Notes under the pieces: model-generated
Seen by the model: only the letters and a program-made list of their open reading frames with translations
Told to the model about the DNA's origin: nothing
Database searches by the model: none
Shown: positions 26,586-40,960 of the stretch, piece by piece
Layout of the letters: every line of letters starts with the position of its first letter
How positions within the stretch are numbered: the first letter of the stretch is position 1
Translations under genes and position numbers: made by a program
From: the human T2T-CHM13v2.0 reference genome, Homo sapiens
Direction: 5' to 3' (one strand)
Length of the DNA: 64,000 nucleotides
Assembly: GCF_009914755.1 (NCBI RefSeq)
Contig: NC_060939.1

Positions 26586-29500
26586 ACACAGTTATCTGTG
26601 GACCAGGGAGCCACACGGAGGGGTCTACATACCCAAGTCCCCTCTCCCCTCACCAGCAATTGCTCTTTTGGATTAGTCACCTCTGCAGTGGTCATCAGCC
26701 AACTGGAATGAGCTTAGAGGTTTCAGAGCCCACTGTAGGAGGGTGAGGGTCATCTGGGCAGCTCTGATGATGCAAAAGTTGCTCTCGGCTAGATCTGAAT
26801 CCAGATTCTGCCACTTACTAACTGCATAACCCAGATACACCATCTAACCTCTTGTTGAATGTTAATCATTCATTTAATCGTTCATTCAACAGTTTTTGAC
26901 CATTCACTGTGATAGGGTTATGGGGAAATAAAGATGAAAGATAAAACAGTCCCTGGGTCAAGAAACTCATAATCTGGTGAAGAAAGTCATAAAAGTTATA
27001 GTATCATGGGGGTAGGTGTAGTTTCCTCATCATGAAAAAGGGGGTAAGGAGTCTACTCCCAGAAAACTGAATGAGAACACACATAGCAAGCTCCCAACAC
27101 AGTATCTAGAACAGAGTAGGGGCTCAGCAAATGTTCCTGGGAATCTAGAAAAGCAGACCTGTGGTGAGTAATTAGATTAATTTATTCATCCAATAGACAG
27201 CGTACACCTGCCCTGGGAAGGAGTGCTGGGAACTGCAAGGTGGCCACCGGGCCACAGCCTGAGAGGACGATGAGAAGATTCCACCTTTCCCAGCCCTGAA
27301 TCTCTGCTCATCCACTGATGATCTTCTTTTCCCTGTGCTACTGTGTGGGTGGGGTTGGGTGGGGTTCAGTGGGGTAGTGGGAGTTGGTGGGGGGGCTCTG
27401 GTAGATTCATCAGAGCCCACCTACTTGGGGTGGGTGGGTAGGCATTGGGATGGATGTCTTGGTGAGAGGAGAGAGACCCTTCCACATTCCTAGGTATCAA
27501 ATCATAGAATGGGAGAGGGCAAAGAATTAGCTATTTATAGAATTATCTTTTCCTTCTATTTAACTAATTTAAAAAAAACCCACTCGGCTTCAGTAATCAT
27601 CACTATATGGCCAATCTTGTTTCAACTATATCATGCTCCCGCTTCCCTCCTCCATCCTGTGGTTTATTTTCTTTCAATGATCAATTAGGATCATTTATAG
27701 AAGAGGATCAGTTATTTGCTGCCAGGTTTGCAAAATAACCCTCCTCTTGAGTACTTTTCCTGCAATATTTGTACACTGCCATCAGAGAGCAGCAGCCTGC
27801 CTCATTTACATGGTTCAATGAATTTTATGTGAGATCAGAATCACAACCCCGAGTTTTCTAACGACCGCAAAACAATTTGTCATTCTATTCTAAAAGAAAA
27901 ACAAAGACTCTGCTTTCCATCCATTCAGTTTTTTTTTTTTTTTTTTTTTGGAAGCAAGGAGTTAAAATTTAAACACAGTGTCTCCTCTTAGCAACGCCCT
28001 TGACAACCTGCAACACCGACAAAGTGTCTTCAATCCAAACTGCCTTCTTTTACAAAGCTTCCAGCTACAAATCCAAGCTGACAGCTGAATATCACCTTCA
28101 AAACGACAAGTTTAAGTGAGTTATTATTTGTAAAGGCCTTATAAGAGTGTCTAGCACATAGTAAGTGCTATACAAGTATTTGAGGTTTACTTTTATTCAC
28201 TTAATTTATTATAAATATAAATTCATTCAAATGCCGTGGGAATTAGCAATGAATGAATCTTCTTTATGCTGGTGTACTTGTCTGCTCCCTGTGAATGGGG
28301 AAAGGGATGCCTATAGAGACAGGAAGTTTTCCCAAAGGTGGCCTAACTTGGGCAGGGACTGATTTCCCTTCTCCTCTGATACCTCCATGAGGGGAGATTC
28401 CGAAGCTCTCTCTGGTTCACCCATGGTCGTCTGACTCAGAGCAGAGCCAAAGCTCCTAATTTCAGGGATGTTGGACAGGGGTTATTTTTTGTTCCTGTCC
28501 TTCCCAAGTTAAGTCATGAAGAGCTGCTGGAGAAGCACAGCCCGGGTGAGTGCGATCGATTAAATTATCATAAGCAGTAGGGGACGGAGGAGGGGGAAGC
28601 CACACAGACCAGGCCCATGATTACTGTAATGGAGCTGTCATCTGCAGACAGACGGCAGCCTATCAGGCCTGGCAGAGATGGTCAGGATGACAGGCAGCCT
28701 GGGAGCCACCTCAGGGAACTGCTGGTGCCCCTGGGTCCTCAGGATACTGCTAATGATGGTGACAATAGGGACTGCAGTTAACTGAGCACCTTCTGTGGGC
28801 CAAGCACATTTCATCCTTTAGCATCTAAACAGATACGACGGTGCCCACTTTTCAGAAGGAAAAACTGACTGAGCGCCAGATGACTTACTCAAGCTTATAC
28901 AGGTTGTGAAGTGAAGAACCTGGATGGGGCCAGGTCTGTCTAGCCACCATGTTCCCTCCCACAGCTGGTTTTTCTTACCATCAGCACCCGGAATCCTCCG
29001 GCCCTGCTGGTCTGACCCGTCCTTCCTCCCCTCCCAGGATGCCTCCCCCAGGAGGTCCTTGCTTGCTCCCTGGTGTCTGAGGGTCACACCCTTCTCCTCA
29101 GTACCCACAGGCTCGGCTCCACTTGCTAGAGGGGTCTGAGAAGCCGAAGCCCAGAGGCTATTTGCTGATGTCTTTGCTCCAGGCGCAGAATGACCATTGG
29201 TCTTGGGTCCAGAGAGAGGTTTCCCAAAGGGAGCACTGTGGCCTAAGAGTGAGTGAGCAGGAGTGCTGGGAGAACCTGATTTGTCAGGCAGCCTGTAGAG
29301 CACAGAAGGACTGGGGTGCTGATCTAGCGGCTGCCAGGAAGACAGAGAGATGAGAGGCAGGCCCTCAAGGACAAGAGAGGGTTTCAGGGAAGGAGCCGCT
29401 CGCAGGGCAGGCAAAGAGCCTGATTGTCACACTTCAGGGAAGGAGCCGGGTGGGCTTGAAGCCAGAAACAGTCAAGTGGTGAATGTGAGAGGGAGCGGGG

Positions 29501-30032
29501 AGGAAGGGCACTGGGGCACCAACATGTGTGTGATGGGGCAGTGCCCACCCCAGCAGGGTCCCTCCAGCCTCAGGAAAAGGAAGGGCAGTCCACAGGATGA
29601 GGCTGGCTGGGCCACAGAGCCGGGGAGTCTCCCTTGGGTGCCTGACTGTCTCGGGGTCCATGGAGCCCCCAGCACAGTTCAGAGTCTGCCCCTCCCATCT
29701 CATTCCAGTCACTAAGCAGGGCACAGACCAGCCAGCCAGTGGCCCTGCCCATTTGGGAGAGTCCTTCCGCCTTGCCCAGCTGTGCTCTTCAGGAGAAGTG
29801 ACACCTGTGGCTGGGCTCCTTCCTCTAGGCTCTCCCCTCCGACTCCTCCCTGTGAAATAAGAGAGTGGGGCTACAGGCAGCACAGGGTGGCCTGGACTCA
29901 GCCCCGCTGTGGTTTCTGTGCAGTGCATGAAGAGTAAGGTGAACCCCAGATGCCCACTCTAGGGCAGGGAGTGGGGACAGAAGACCCTGGCTGTATCTGC
30001 TGAGTCAGCCAGCAGCCCACGACCGTGAATGA

Positions 30033-30207
30033 CTGTGTGGGAGAGGGTGTGCGTGTGCAAGCTGGTGAGCGCATGTGTGAGTGTGTGCGAGCGGGTGCCT
30101 GCCTATGCGTGGGTGAGGGTGTCTGCGTGTGCAAGTGTGCAAGTGTGCACCTGTGCATGAGACTCTGTGTGAGTGTGTGTGGGGTTGTGGAATGGTGCTG
30201 AGTGTGA
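30033..30207. repeat. Degenerate (TG)n low-complexity tract
   Basis: Repeated gtgt/gtgc units. Confidence 0.75.
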
Positions 30208-31559
30208 GGTTAGGAAGAAAAAGAGACCTTCACAGACACAGCCAAAGAGATACTGAGACCAAAAGAAACATTTGGAGAGAGACTGACCCTGGAGAGAGGC
30301 CAGAGGCCGGGAAGCCAGAATGAGTTGTGTAGAGCAGGAGAGAAGAGAAAGAAACCAAGAACGCTAAGGTGAGGAGGAGAAACGCAGAAAGAAGAGAGAT
30401 TTGGCAGAGAGGGCAGAGTCATCTGCTCTGCCCCCCAGATGGGGACCTCTTAGATGGCTTCGGAAGGTCCATCTGACAGTGAGGCCCATCACCACGACTC
30501 CAGGCCTGTGGGACTCTCCCTGTCTCCACACGTCAGGCTTGGTCCCTCATAAGTGGCAAGGGGCAGGGAGGCCAAGAAAGAGGGGAGGGTGCAGCGAGTG
30601 TGGATGATTTTGGTGACAGGGCCTGTGTGTGGGAACCAGGAGCTTGACCTCCTGACCCTTCCCTTCTGGGCCCTCAGTCCTCCCAGAGGCCGCAGACAGC
30701 ACTCCCCTTGCCAAGCACCAATCCTGACATGGCATCCTTCTGCTGCTGAACGAAGTCTAATTTACTTGGGGAAAAAAACCTTCTGTGGCCCCCAAATCAA
30801 ATCACTCAGGGAGGGAATGGGGTTGAAAGGAACCAGGGGAAATAAATGTATTCAGCAAGTGTATTTTTATTCCAATAAAACTTGATTCAATAACCCCCAT
30901 GAATATTTCATTTGCAAGAGGCTGGCCCCTCCTGCGGCTGCCTTGGTCTTAGGCCAATTTTGCCCTCCCTCCCCTGGGGGCAGCACAAGCCTCTCCTCCA
31001 GGAACCCAGCAGCTCTGAGGGAGGCTAGGGAACCGCAAGCCCCTTCCAGCCCCGCAGCCAGCAGCAGACCGGCTCCTCCAGGGGGCCTGGCGCTGTTTCC
31101 GGAATGCTGCTGAGAGCTTCGGATGGAGAATTGGGTTGGAATACTGCTTGCTGGGTGACCTCGGGTATGCGACCTCACTCGCTGAGCCTCTGTTTCTTCT
31201 CCTCATCTTACGACATTCTTATGAGGATCAATAAAGACAATATGAAAAACCTCACATGCATCACTTATACCATCCTTCCCACGGACTTAGAGCCAGGGTG
31301 TGGGTTACCTAGGAGCTTTTATCCCTCCAGCAAGCCTACCAGCTTCTGGCTCTGGGCTTGTAAGCTATTTCCACCGCTACCCATTTCCTTCAATCCTTCA
31401 CCTGCCCATTCCAAGACAGCCCATGGCCACTCCGGTAAGCACACGGAGGTGGGGTTGTGATGGAGCTAAACCGGGGAGGGGATAACGGGCAGCTGTTGTT
31501 TTGTCAGCATAAAGCCACCGCCCCTCCCCAGCTCGGGTCCTGTAGGTGGTCCTGTAGGA

Positions 31560-32005
31560 GGTTGATTCTACCCTTGTACAGCACAGGGCCCAGGCCCCTA
31601 GGATTAGATCATTCAATTTCCTGGTCGCAGCGATTGGTTCTGGAATGTGCATGTGACCCAATCTGGCCAATGGGATTCAATCCTGGGACTCCAACAGGAA
31701 CATTGGGTAAGTAGGTGTTCTCTTCCATTTGGGCTGTTAGGCTGGGAGACTGTGGTCCTGGAGCTGTTGGTGTGTATCTCTGCTATTACTTGGGAAGAGA
31801 AGACTTCAGAACAAAGCCAACACAAAGGAAAACCGAGGCAAGGTGCAGACAGATTGCTGACAACATCATCTGAGCCCCTGGTGTGGCTGGGCCTGAAGCA
31901 ACATCCACCTCTGTTCTTTCCAGTTACAAGAGGCAACAAATCCCCATTTCTGCCTAAACCTTAGGTTGGGTTTCTGTCTTTTGCAATAAAAAGTATTGTT
32001 TAATG
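31560..32005 (+). mobile_element. MLT1 (K/J/L-like) MaLR LTR
   Basis: 'gattggttc..gcatgtgacccaatctggccaat', 'gagcccctgg..gcctgaagc', 3' end 'gttgggtttctgtc.tttgcaa'. Confidence 0.7.
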
Positions 32006-32168
32006 GTATCTGAAGCCTGTCTTTCCAATTCACTAATGAAAGCTTTCTTCCTTCCCAGGGAAATGTCTGGGGGAAAGACTGGCATTAGGTTGAAAGAAAT
32101 GGTGAGACTTCCTGCTGGCTGGTCCCAATTCCCTCACTCCTGGAGATATCTTTAAGAATTACAGTGCC

Positions 32169-32641
<473 letters not shown>

Positions 32642-33799
32642 TCATAAGTCAGTCAATCAATCAACAAAAAGTAGAGGAAGGTTGGGCTCAGGGTCAGGAA
32701 GCCATGGGCAGGCCAAATGTTCCTCTCAGCCTCCGTTTCCCTGTCAGCAAGATGAGAGGGTTGGACAATGTGAATTCAAACCCAGCCCTAGTATCTTTTA
32801 TATGTATGAGTCTTTATTCTGTTGTAGACACTTGGAATAAAAAGAAATCTCTTAACCCTACAATCTCTTTGGGAATAGAAGCCATACATATATAAACAAA
32901 ATAAAACAAACCAAAAAAGTCAATAATGCTGTCCTGAAGGTGAAGTCTGAAATAGAGGAGAATTGGCCAGGGTGGTCTGCAAGCTCCTTTCTGGCTCTGA
33001 AAATCTGTGAGAAGGAAAAAGGCTGTGTCCCAGGGAGACGGAAATTCAGCAGCCAGTGCCCGGGGCTCAAGCCCAAATGCTTTTCTACAGGAGGCTCTGG
33101 GACTGGCAGAGTTTCCCAGATACCCCTGCCCTTCCATGCTGGTTTGGCAAAGTGTGGAACTAAGACCCAGTTGGGCTGGTGTGAGTTGGACATCTCAGGA
33201 TGGGGAGGGGAGCCGAGAGAGCAGGGGGAACACTGGCACTTGTGGGGATTTCCTCCTGCTCTCTGTTCACTATTCCATTTGCAAGAGTTTGCAAATTTCA
33301 AAGTGGTTTCTGGCAAGACAGCAAAATGTCTCTCCAGAGTCTGAGGATGACTTGCGGCTAGAGCTGGGGGACAGGGCAGTCCAGGGAAGGGCGGGCACAG
33401 GGAGGAACAAGCCATGTGATGCCTCTTGGGTCAGGCGGGATTAAGGGCATGGGGGTGATGAGGAGGCTCTGTCTAGCCAGGCAGGTGGTGGGTCTGGAGG
33501 CTCCACAAGGTCCAGGAATAAGGATATAAAGACCCATGCAACGAGAACAGAGGGCCACCCTGGCCCTGGGTCATGGATGGCTGAGCTCAGGGCTCCTTCC
33601 TGCAGACAGAGCCTGCATGTGGTGGTAGCCAGGACAGGTGTGGGCCCTCAGGTCTGCTGGCGATTCCATCAGATGTACTCTCTCAGCTCCATGTAAGGTA
33701 ATGCAATACATTTCCTGCAAAAAAGTGCCCAGTGTGGCCTCTGGGCCTACCTGCAGTGCTGATGGTCATGCCCAATGGCCTCAGGCAGCTGTGCTTTGA

Positions 33800-33968
33800 C
33801 CACACTGTTAGGTGACAGACGTTTTTAAGAATCTGATGAAAATGTGGACTGTTTCTACCAAAATGTGCATGCATGCAGGCACACACACGTATGACTTTGT
33901 ACATAATTTCAAGGAGTTCATGGTCATACTGTGGCCCAGTGCATGCACTCCAGGTTAAGCATTTCTGT
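33800..33968. mobile_element. Charlie4z-like MITE
   Basis: 'agaatctgatgaaa.tgtggac..aaaatgtgca..ataatttcaaggagttca..caggttaag'. Confidence 0.7.
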
Positions 33969-33970
33969 TT

Positions 33971-34602
<632 letters not shown>

Positions 34603-35959
34603 CTAGGTCCCTTGGGCTCAGAGAAAAGCCCAGATGGAGATTCCACTCTTTCACCGTCCTCTGGAGAGAGGCCAGTAGCAGCTGCTTCTTGCTCTGAATT
34701 CCAGGGTGCAGCAAACTGCCCATCAGCTCAGGGCCTGGGGCTGGAGCCTGCCTGGAAGAAGCACAGCTATATCCATGAGAGCCTCTAAACATGGCCCTGC
34801 AGGGTAACCCAGTCTGCAGGAGGCCCAGCTGGGGCTAGAGACTGTAACCATGTGCCCAGGCCACATGCAGACCCAGTGAAAAGGCAGATGAATGGGTGGT
34901 CAGGTGTGAGGACGTCAGCCAAGGCTCCCTGCCAGGGAACACAAGGCATCTGTGTGGCTTTATAAGGCACTTTATGAATCCCTCTTAGCTGGCCTTTTTG
35001 AATGGAGACTCTTCTCAAAGACTCACAGCCCCAGTTGCAAAAAGGCTCCTCTGTCTCTGCTCGTTGCAGAGTCTGCACAGACCCAAGTGGGGTCGGCGTG
35101 CCCATGAGTGTGTGCAGAAGAAAAGCCACTGAATCAATGGGCTGGATTACAGACCCTGCTGCCCTGGGCAGATAATTGCAGTGAAGCACCAGTTGCTCAG
35201 ACCAAATGTCCTTACCCTGCACTGTCAGAGAGTGCCAATCACAGGGGATTAAAACCAGCTGGGGCACAGCCCTGCCGAGAAAGACTTGAGGCTAGACTGG
35301 CAGCCAAGGATGGGGTTGGGGATGGTGAGGGTCGGTCTGAAGGCTGCAGGGGGAGGGGAGCATACAGGGTTGCCAGTGGTGGGCTGAGGATGGGGACAGC
35401 TAGGGCTGGGACCAGGGCAGGAGAAGTTGGGACAGAGGGGATGGAGGTCACCAGCAGAAACCAGGTGGGTGGGCTGAGCAGTGGGAAAGAACTGCAGGCT
35501 CAGGGTGGGGCTGGTTCGTTCCTGGGGAACCCAGAGCAGAGTGAGGAACCAGACTCTGGATCTTGCTGACCCAGCAGTCTCTGTACTCCTGGTACCCAAA
35601 CCAAAAGCTGGAAGAATTTTAAAAGCCACAAAGGCCTCCATTTAGAGTTCAGGTACTTTGGGGAACATGGCTGCCCAGAACAAGTCCCTCCATGGGGGCA
35701 GCGCCACCAGCTCCAGAATTCTGAACCTGCAGTCAGCCCTGGGGCGCCCGGGGCTGCGCCCACACATTCTCTCAGCTGACCTTCACACAAGTCTGGGAGG
35801 TGGGGATGTTACCTTTGGGATCTCACAGTGGAGGACACTGAGGCTTGGAAAGAAATGACTTTCCCAAAGTCACACAGCTGGCCAGAGGCACTTCCATGAG
35901 CCTCCTCATCTGGGAAACAGGTGTGCTAATATCTGCCTCAAAGAAGTAGTAATAACACA

Positions 35960-36160
35960 TTGACTGTGTGTCAGGCACTGTGTTAGGCCCTTTACATGCA
36001 TTATGTTGTGGCATCATTTCCAAAATGCTGTCAGGCTGGTGGTGTTGCCCCATCTTGCAGATGTGAAAACTGGCTCAGAGAGGTGAAGTAAATCACCCAA
36101 GGTCACTATATAAGTGACCAAGCCAGGACTGAATCCCTGGTAGCTCTGGCTTCAGAGCTT
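35960..36160 (-). mobile_element. MIR
   Basis: 'tgtcaggcactgtgtta..tttacatgcatta..cccatcttgcagatg.gaaaact..cagagaggtgaagt'. Confidence 0.85.
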
Positions 36161-37421
36161 GTGAAAACCAAAGGAGAAGGGGCTCTATAAAGGGCTTTGT
36201 GGGTGGTAATTTTCAGGGATGGGGCCGGGACGGGGGCACTGTAGGGGCAGGGAGAGGAAGAAGCAGGATCTCAGCCCCTCCCAGCTCAGCTAAGAGAGGC
36301 CAGAGGCGAACTGGGTCCTGCTGAAAGTGGACTGGGCACCTATTTGGGTGGAGTGGGAGCTGTGGTGTGTGTTGGTTGGGGGAGTGTGACCCGCCCCTCC
36401 CTGGCTTTGAGCCTCCCCCACCCCTGTTAATGGCCGTCAGGGGAAATCATCTGCAGGAGATCAAAGCTGGCCTGGAGTGAGCCCCTCACTGGATAATGAA
36501 GATGAATTCCGGCCAGGTCTGCCCAGAAAGAACGTTAACTAAATGAAGATGACAGTGCAGTGACTGTGGAGTTTGTATCAGAGCCAAATTGAACTCTCTC
36601 TTCCAGCAAGTCTATGCAAAACCTGGGCCAGTGCCCAAGAGAAGGGGAAAACACACCCGCATTCTCCTCTCCTTGCCCCCTCCTTGAAGTCCCCTGCTGC
36701 TGGCAGCCACCCAAGGGAGGGGCTGGTCCCAGGCTGATTCCTGAGTGGGGGGGCTCCTCGTGGTCCACTCCTGCTTGGCTTATTGAAACTCATGCTGGGC
36801 CCCTCAGTCAGCCTGAGGCAGGGAGGAGGGAGGAGGGAGAGGGGCTGGGCTGGAGAAAGCTCCAAAGGGAGGGACTTGAGGCGAGGAGGTCCACTACCTC
36901 TTCTAGATCTTTACCCTGAGGACAAGGGTAGCACGGTGGAGTCGGACTTTTGCTCAAGTCCTAGGTCTTAAAAGCCTAAGTGACCTTGAGCTAAAACCTA
37001 AAATCTCCAAGCCTCAATTTCTTAACCTATAATATGGGAATGATGATGAAACCTGCCACCCAGATCCACTCCTGTTAATGCTTTGTGAGTCCTTAGGAAC
37101 GGACCATACCTCCTTTTGCCTTCAGGCCTCTCGGGACATTCCCCTGTCTCTTAATTTGTTCAGCCCCCCGCCGAGGCTGAGTCTGGGCTTGCAGACTTAC
37201 ACTTCTGTGAACTTCTAATCCAGACCCCAGGACCTGCTTCCCAAGCTCTGGGGTCCAGCATCTCAACCCCACAATGATGGGGGAATTCCTGGCCCACCTA
37301 TTTCCTGAAGATGATAATTAACAATGCCTCCCAACTGCACAGCACAGAAAACTTAAAAGGAGAAAAGGGCAGGGCAGTCAGGAGAGAAAGGCCTGACCAG
37401 CATCGGTTAGAACATCCCGGA

Positions 37422-37603
37422 CTAGTGGCTCCTCACCTTAGCCCCACATTAGAATCACCTGGGGAACTTTAAAAATGTCAATGCCAAGGCCCCGCTCCAG
37501 ATTGTGATTCAGATCTCCGGGGATGGAGCCCTGACAGGGGATTTCCCCCACTCCCCAAAGCTCCCCAGGTGATTCTAATGTGCAGCCAGCATGCAGAAGC
37601 TAT
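37422..37603. mobile_element. MER5 (A1/B-like) MITE
   Basis: Perfect 21-bp internal inverted repeat at 37445-37465 / 37562-37582. Confidence 0.85.
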
Positions 37604-37610
37604 CCAGAGA

Positions 37611-37775
37611 CAAGGCTTTTTCAACTTTAATGTGCATGAGAATCACCTGGGAGGTCTTGTTAAAATGCAAATTCTGATTCAGGAGGTGTGGCGAGGAGCC
37701 TGAGATTCTGTGTTGCTAACAAGCTCAAGGTGGTGCTGATGCTGCAGGACCGGGGACCACACTTTGAGTAGCACT
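37611..37775 (-). mobile_element. MER5A
   Basis: 'gaatcacctggg..cttgttaaaatgcaaattctg..gaccacactttgagtagca'. Confidence 0.85.
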
Positions 37776-37908
37776 GCTTGATGAAGGGACCACGGCTTTA
37801 TCATCTTTGTTCATTGCCAGCCCTCCGGCTTCTCAGGAAACGCTTGTGGAATGGATGCACCCCTAATTGAGGCAGTGCAGGATGTGGAGCCTGATGACCT
37901 GTATTTGA

Positions 37909-38217
<309 letters not shown>

Positions 38218-39759
38218 GAAGCCTAGCATTATTGCTCTGGCTATGTGGATTTAGGCAAGGTACTTATCAACTGTGGCCTCACATCTGCATCTGTAAAACA
38301 GGTATGCTCTTACTGCCCCAGGAGCCTTATAGGATCAGTGGGAGAATAAAATGGTGTCATTTATATGAAATGTAAATTGAAAATATCCCTTTTTTCTTCT
38401 TTTACCTGGAAGGACACATATCCCACCTGCAGTGATGTCTTGGTGCCTGTGATCCGCCTGATTATCTCTGGTAGCCCTCATGCACCAGCACTCCCAGTCC
38501 TGAAATCCAGTGGGCACTGGACACGCTAGCTGTGGAGACCCTTCTGGGCCTCCCAGCAAGCTCCAGGGCCCTGGCCAGGCCAGCAAGCTCACTCAGAAAC
38601 AAGCACACTTCCAGACTGATCAGCACACTTCCAGATTGATCAGCACACAAAGACTCAGAAGACACAGGTTCAAATCCCGACTTTACCCCTTCCAGCCACA
38701 GGCTGAGTCCACACTAGGGTTCCCTGTAGCTCTTGTAAACAACTTATCACCCTCTTCTGAGGCAGCACTGGGCTGTTATGCCTGAGTACCAGTGACCACG
38801 TCAAGCTGAACCCACTGGCAGTCACCATCCCTCACAGACAGGGGCCTATGATAAGGCAGGGCCACCTGAAACTCATTCTGCTCCATCACTGTGCACCGTA
38901 ACATTTGCTGAGATAATGGGTGCCCCATGCATTCTTCCCGTTCACAATGGCCAAGCCCCAGCTTTCCCCTCTGCCCCACTGCAGGTCCACTTCCTGTTCC
39001 ATCACCCCCTATCTCTGGGCTACGAGCCAGGCAGTGCCTCAGAACTACCCCGAGAGTCTGGAGCTTCAGATCCTGGGCCCCTCCCTTGATGATTCAGATT
39101 GCACAAATCTTGGGTGGGGGTGGCAAGAATCTACCTTTTCTTTTTCAGCTCCCAGTGGTTCTGATGCATGATCAGGGCTGAGAGTCACTGCCCTCTATGC
39201 CCTCCTCTCCTGTTGGCCTGATGTCCCCTGGAGAGCATTGGGCTTAGGATCAGAAACCCCAGGCTAGCGTTCTTAAGCTCTGCACCTTAAGCTGTGACCA
39301 AATGTGAGTTATTTAACAGACTTGGGCCTCAGCTTCCTCATCTGCAAAATGGGGACAGTGAAGACAATTGTCTTGGAGGAATATTCAGGGTCAAAAAAGA
39401 TCAAGAGGGAAACCCTCTGAAAAGAGGGACGTAGCACACAGATGCAAGGTGCTCTGACAACTGTGATGTCAGCACACCCACCAGCTTCCTCCCAGAGTCC
39501 CCTGTCTCAGCTCCCTTTTACTGGGTGCAGTAAGATGTCTCTGTACCCAGTCTTACTGTACCCAGTCTCCTCTTCCTGGTGATCAGTTGTATCCCTGTCT
39601 GTTCTGGACTGCAAGCTTGAGGACTGGGACCTTGTCTTATCTCTGCAGCCCCTGCAGCACCCAGCACAGACCCTGCCACATAGTAAGTATCCAATAAAGG
39701 TCTTTCATAACACAGAAAATGTCTGTCCTTGTTAGAAAGCCAGTAAATGCAAATTAACA

Positions 39760-40390
39760 CAACAGGGAGGTCCTATTTTACACTTCCTAGATTAGCAATT
39801 TAGGGAAACAAATAACATGCACTGCTGACAATGTTATACAGAAACTGGTACACACATTACTGATAATGTTGAAAATAGGAATGATCAAATGATCATTCTG
39901 GAAAGCAATATGGCAATATATATCAAGGGTCATAAAATGCTCATTCACTTTGACCCAGTAATCCCACTTGTAATACTGTATCCAATGGAAATCATTCAAA
40001 AGAATAACAATTATTTATATGCATGAAGATATTCATTGCAACATTACAATGGCCCCAAATGGAAAACAACCTAAATGGTCAAACAATAGGGGAATTGTTA
40101 AGTAAATTATGGTATATAAACCCAACGCACTATTATGTAGCCATTTAAAATATTTATGAAAACTATGTTATGTGGAAAAAATGCTTATGGTAAAATGTGA
40201 AATAAAAAAGTTAGAATGTAAAATTATATGTGCGTATAACTACATAATCAAAATGCTGACAAGGATCAGAAGGGACTATGCAAAACGAAATTAATTACTG
40301 TGTTAAGGTGGAAGGACTAGAGGTGATTTATTTTTGTTTTTAAACATTTCCTGTAATTTTGTTGTAATGCCATTTTCACAATGCAAAAGT
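39760..40390 (+). mobile_element. Old L1M 3' region
   Basis: 'tctggaaagcaatatggcaatatatatcaa..ctttgacccagtaatcccact..aagatattcattgcaac..ggaaaacaacctaaatg'. Confidence 0.85.
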
Positions 40391-40852
40391 TAGATAGCCA
40401 AATAATAAATGTTTGTCAAATGACTACAAGGAGAGAGAGGAGGGGAGAAGGGTGATGTTTGGGGGTCTCCGAATCCATCCCTGTCTCTATCCCAGAGTAT
40501 CTTGAGAGAGATGCTCAAATGAACAGTTGGATTCTGGATGGAGCTTAGCCTTAGAGAAGTGTGGCCAGGCAAACAGAATTGCCTTGTTTTTTTTTTTGGG
40601 TGCCCTCAAATGATTCTGGGTACTTTTGGGGAGAGGTTAGATTTTCTCAGAAGCCCATGCTACCCTGTGGTGTTCTGATGGGGGTTGAGCCAGGGAGGGG
40701 TGCAGAGAATGTTCAAGTTCAAGGGCCTGGTGGCATTCGAGGTCTTCTCTGCTGGAGCCTTGCCCACAGGAGGTAGGCTGAGCCTGGGTGAGGAATGAGA
40801 AGTCTTCCTCTTTACACTCACCTTTCCTGACCTCTAAGGCTTTGGAAACTAT

Positions 40853-40960
40853 ACATCCTGTGTGCCTGAGACAGTCCCAGTTTTCACCTGCTGGCCTGGC
40901 ATAATTATTAATAGCACTCTTCAGTCTCAAAAGTGTCCCATTTGGGACATGGCCACATTA
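40853..40960. mobile_element. MER94-like hAT MITE
   Basis: 'gacagtcccagttt..cataattattaatagcac..tctcaaaagtgtccc'. Confidence 0.65.

Noticed and set aside
28818-29928. Overlapping 120-198 aa ORFs
   Set aside because: Stop-poor GC-rich sequence open in several frames on both strands; no recognisable protein or exon structure
33385-33560. GC box, GGATTA and TATAAA as a promoter
   Set aside because: These short motifs are expected by chance; no CpG island or identifiable downstream exon
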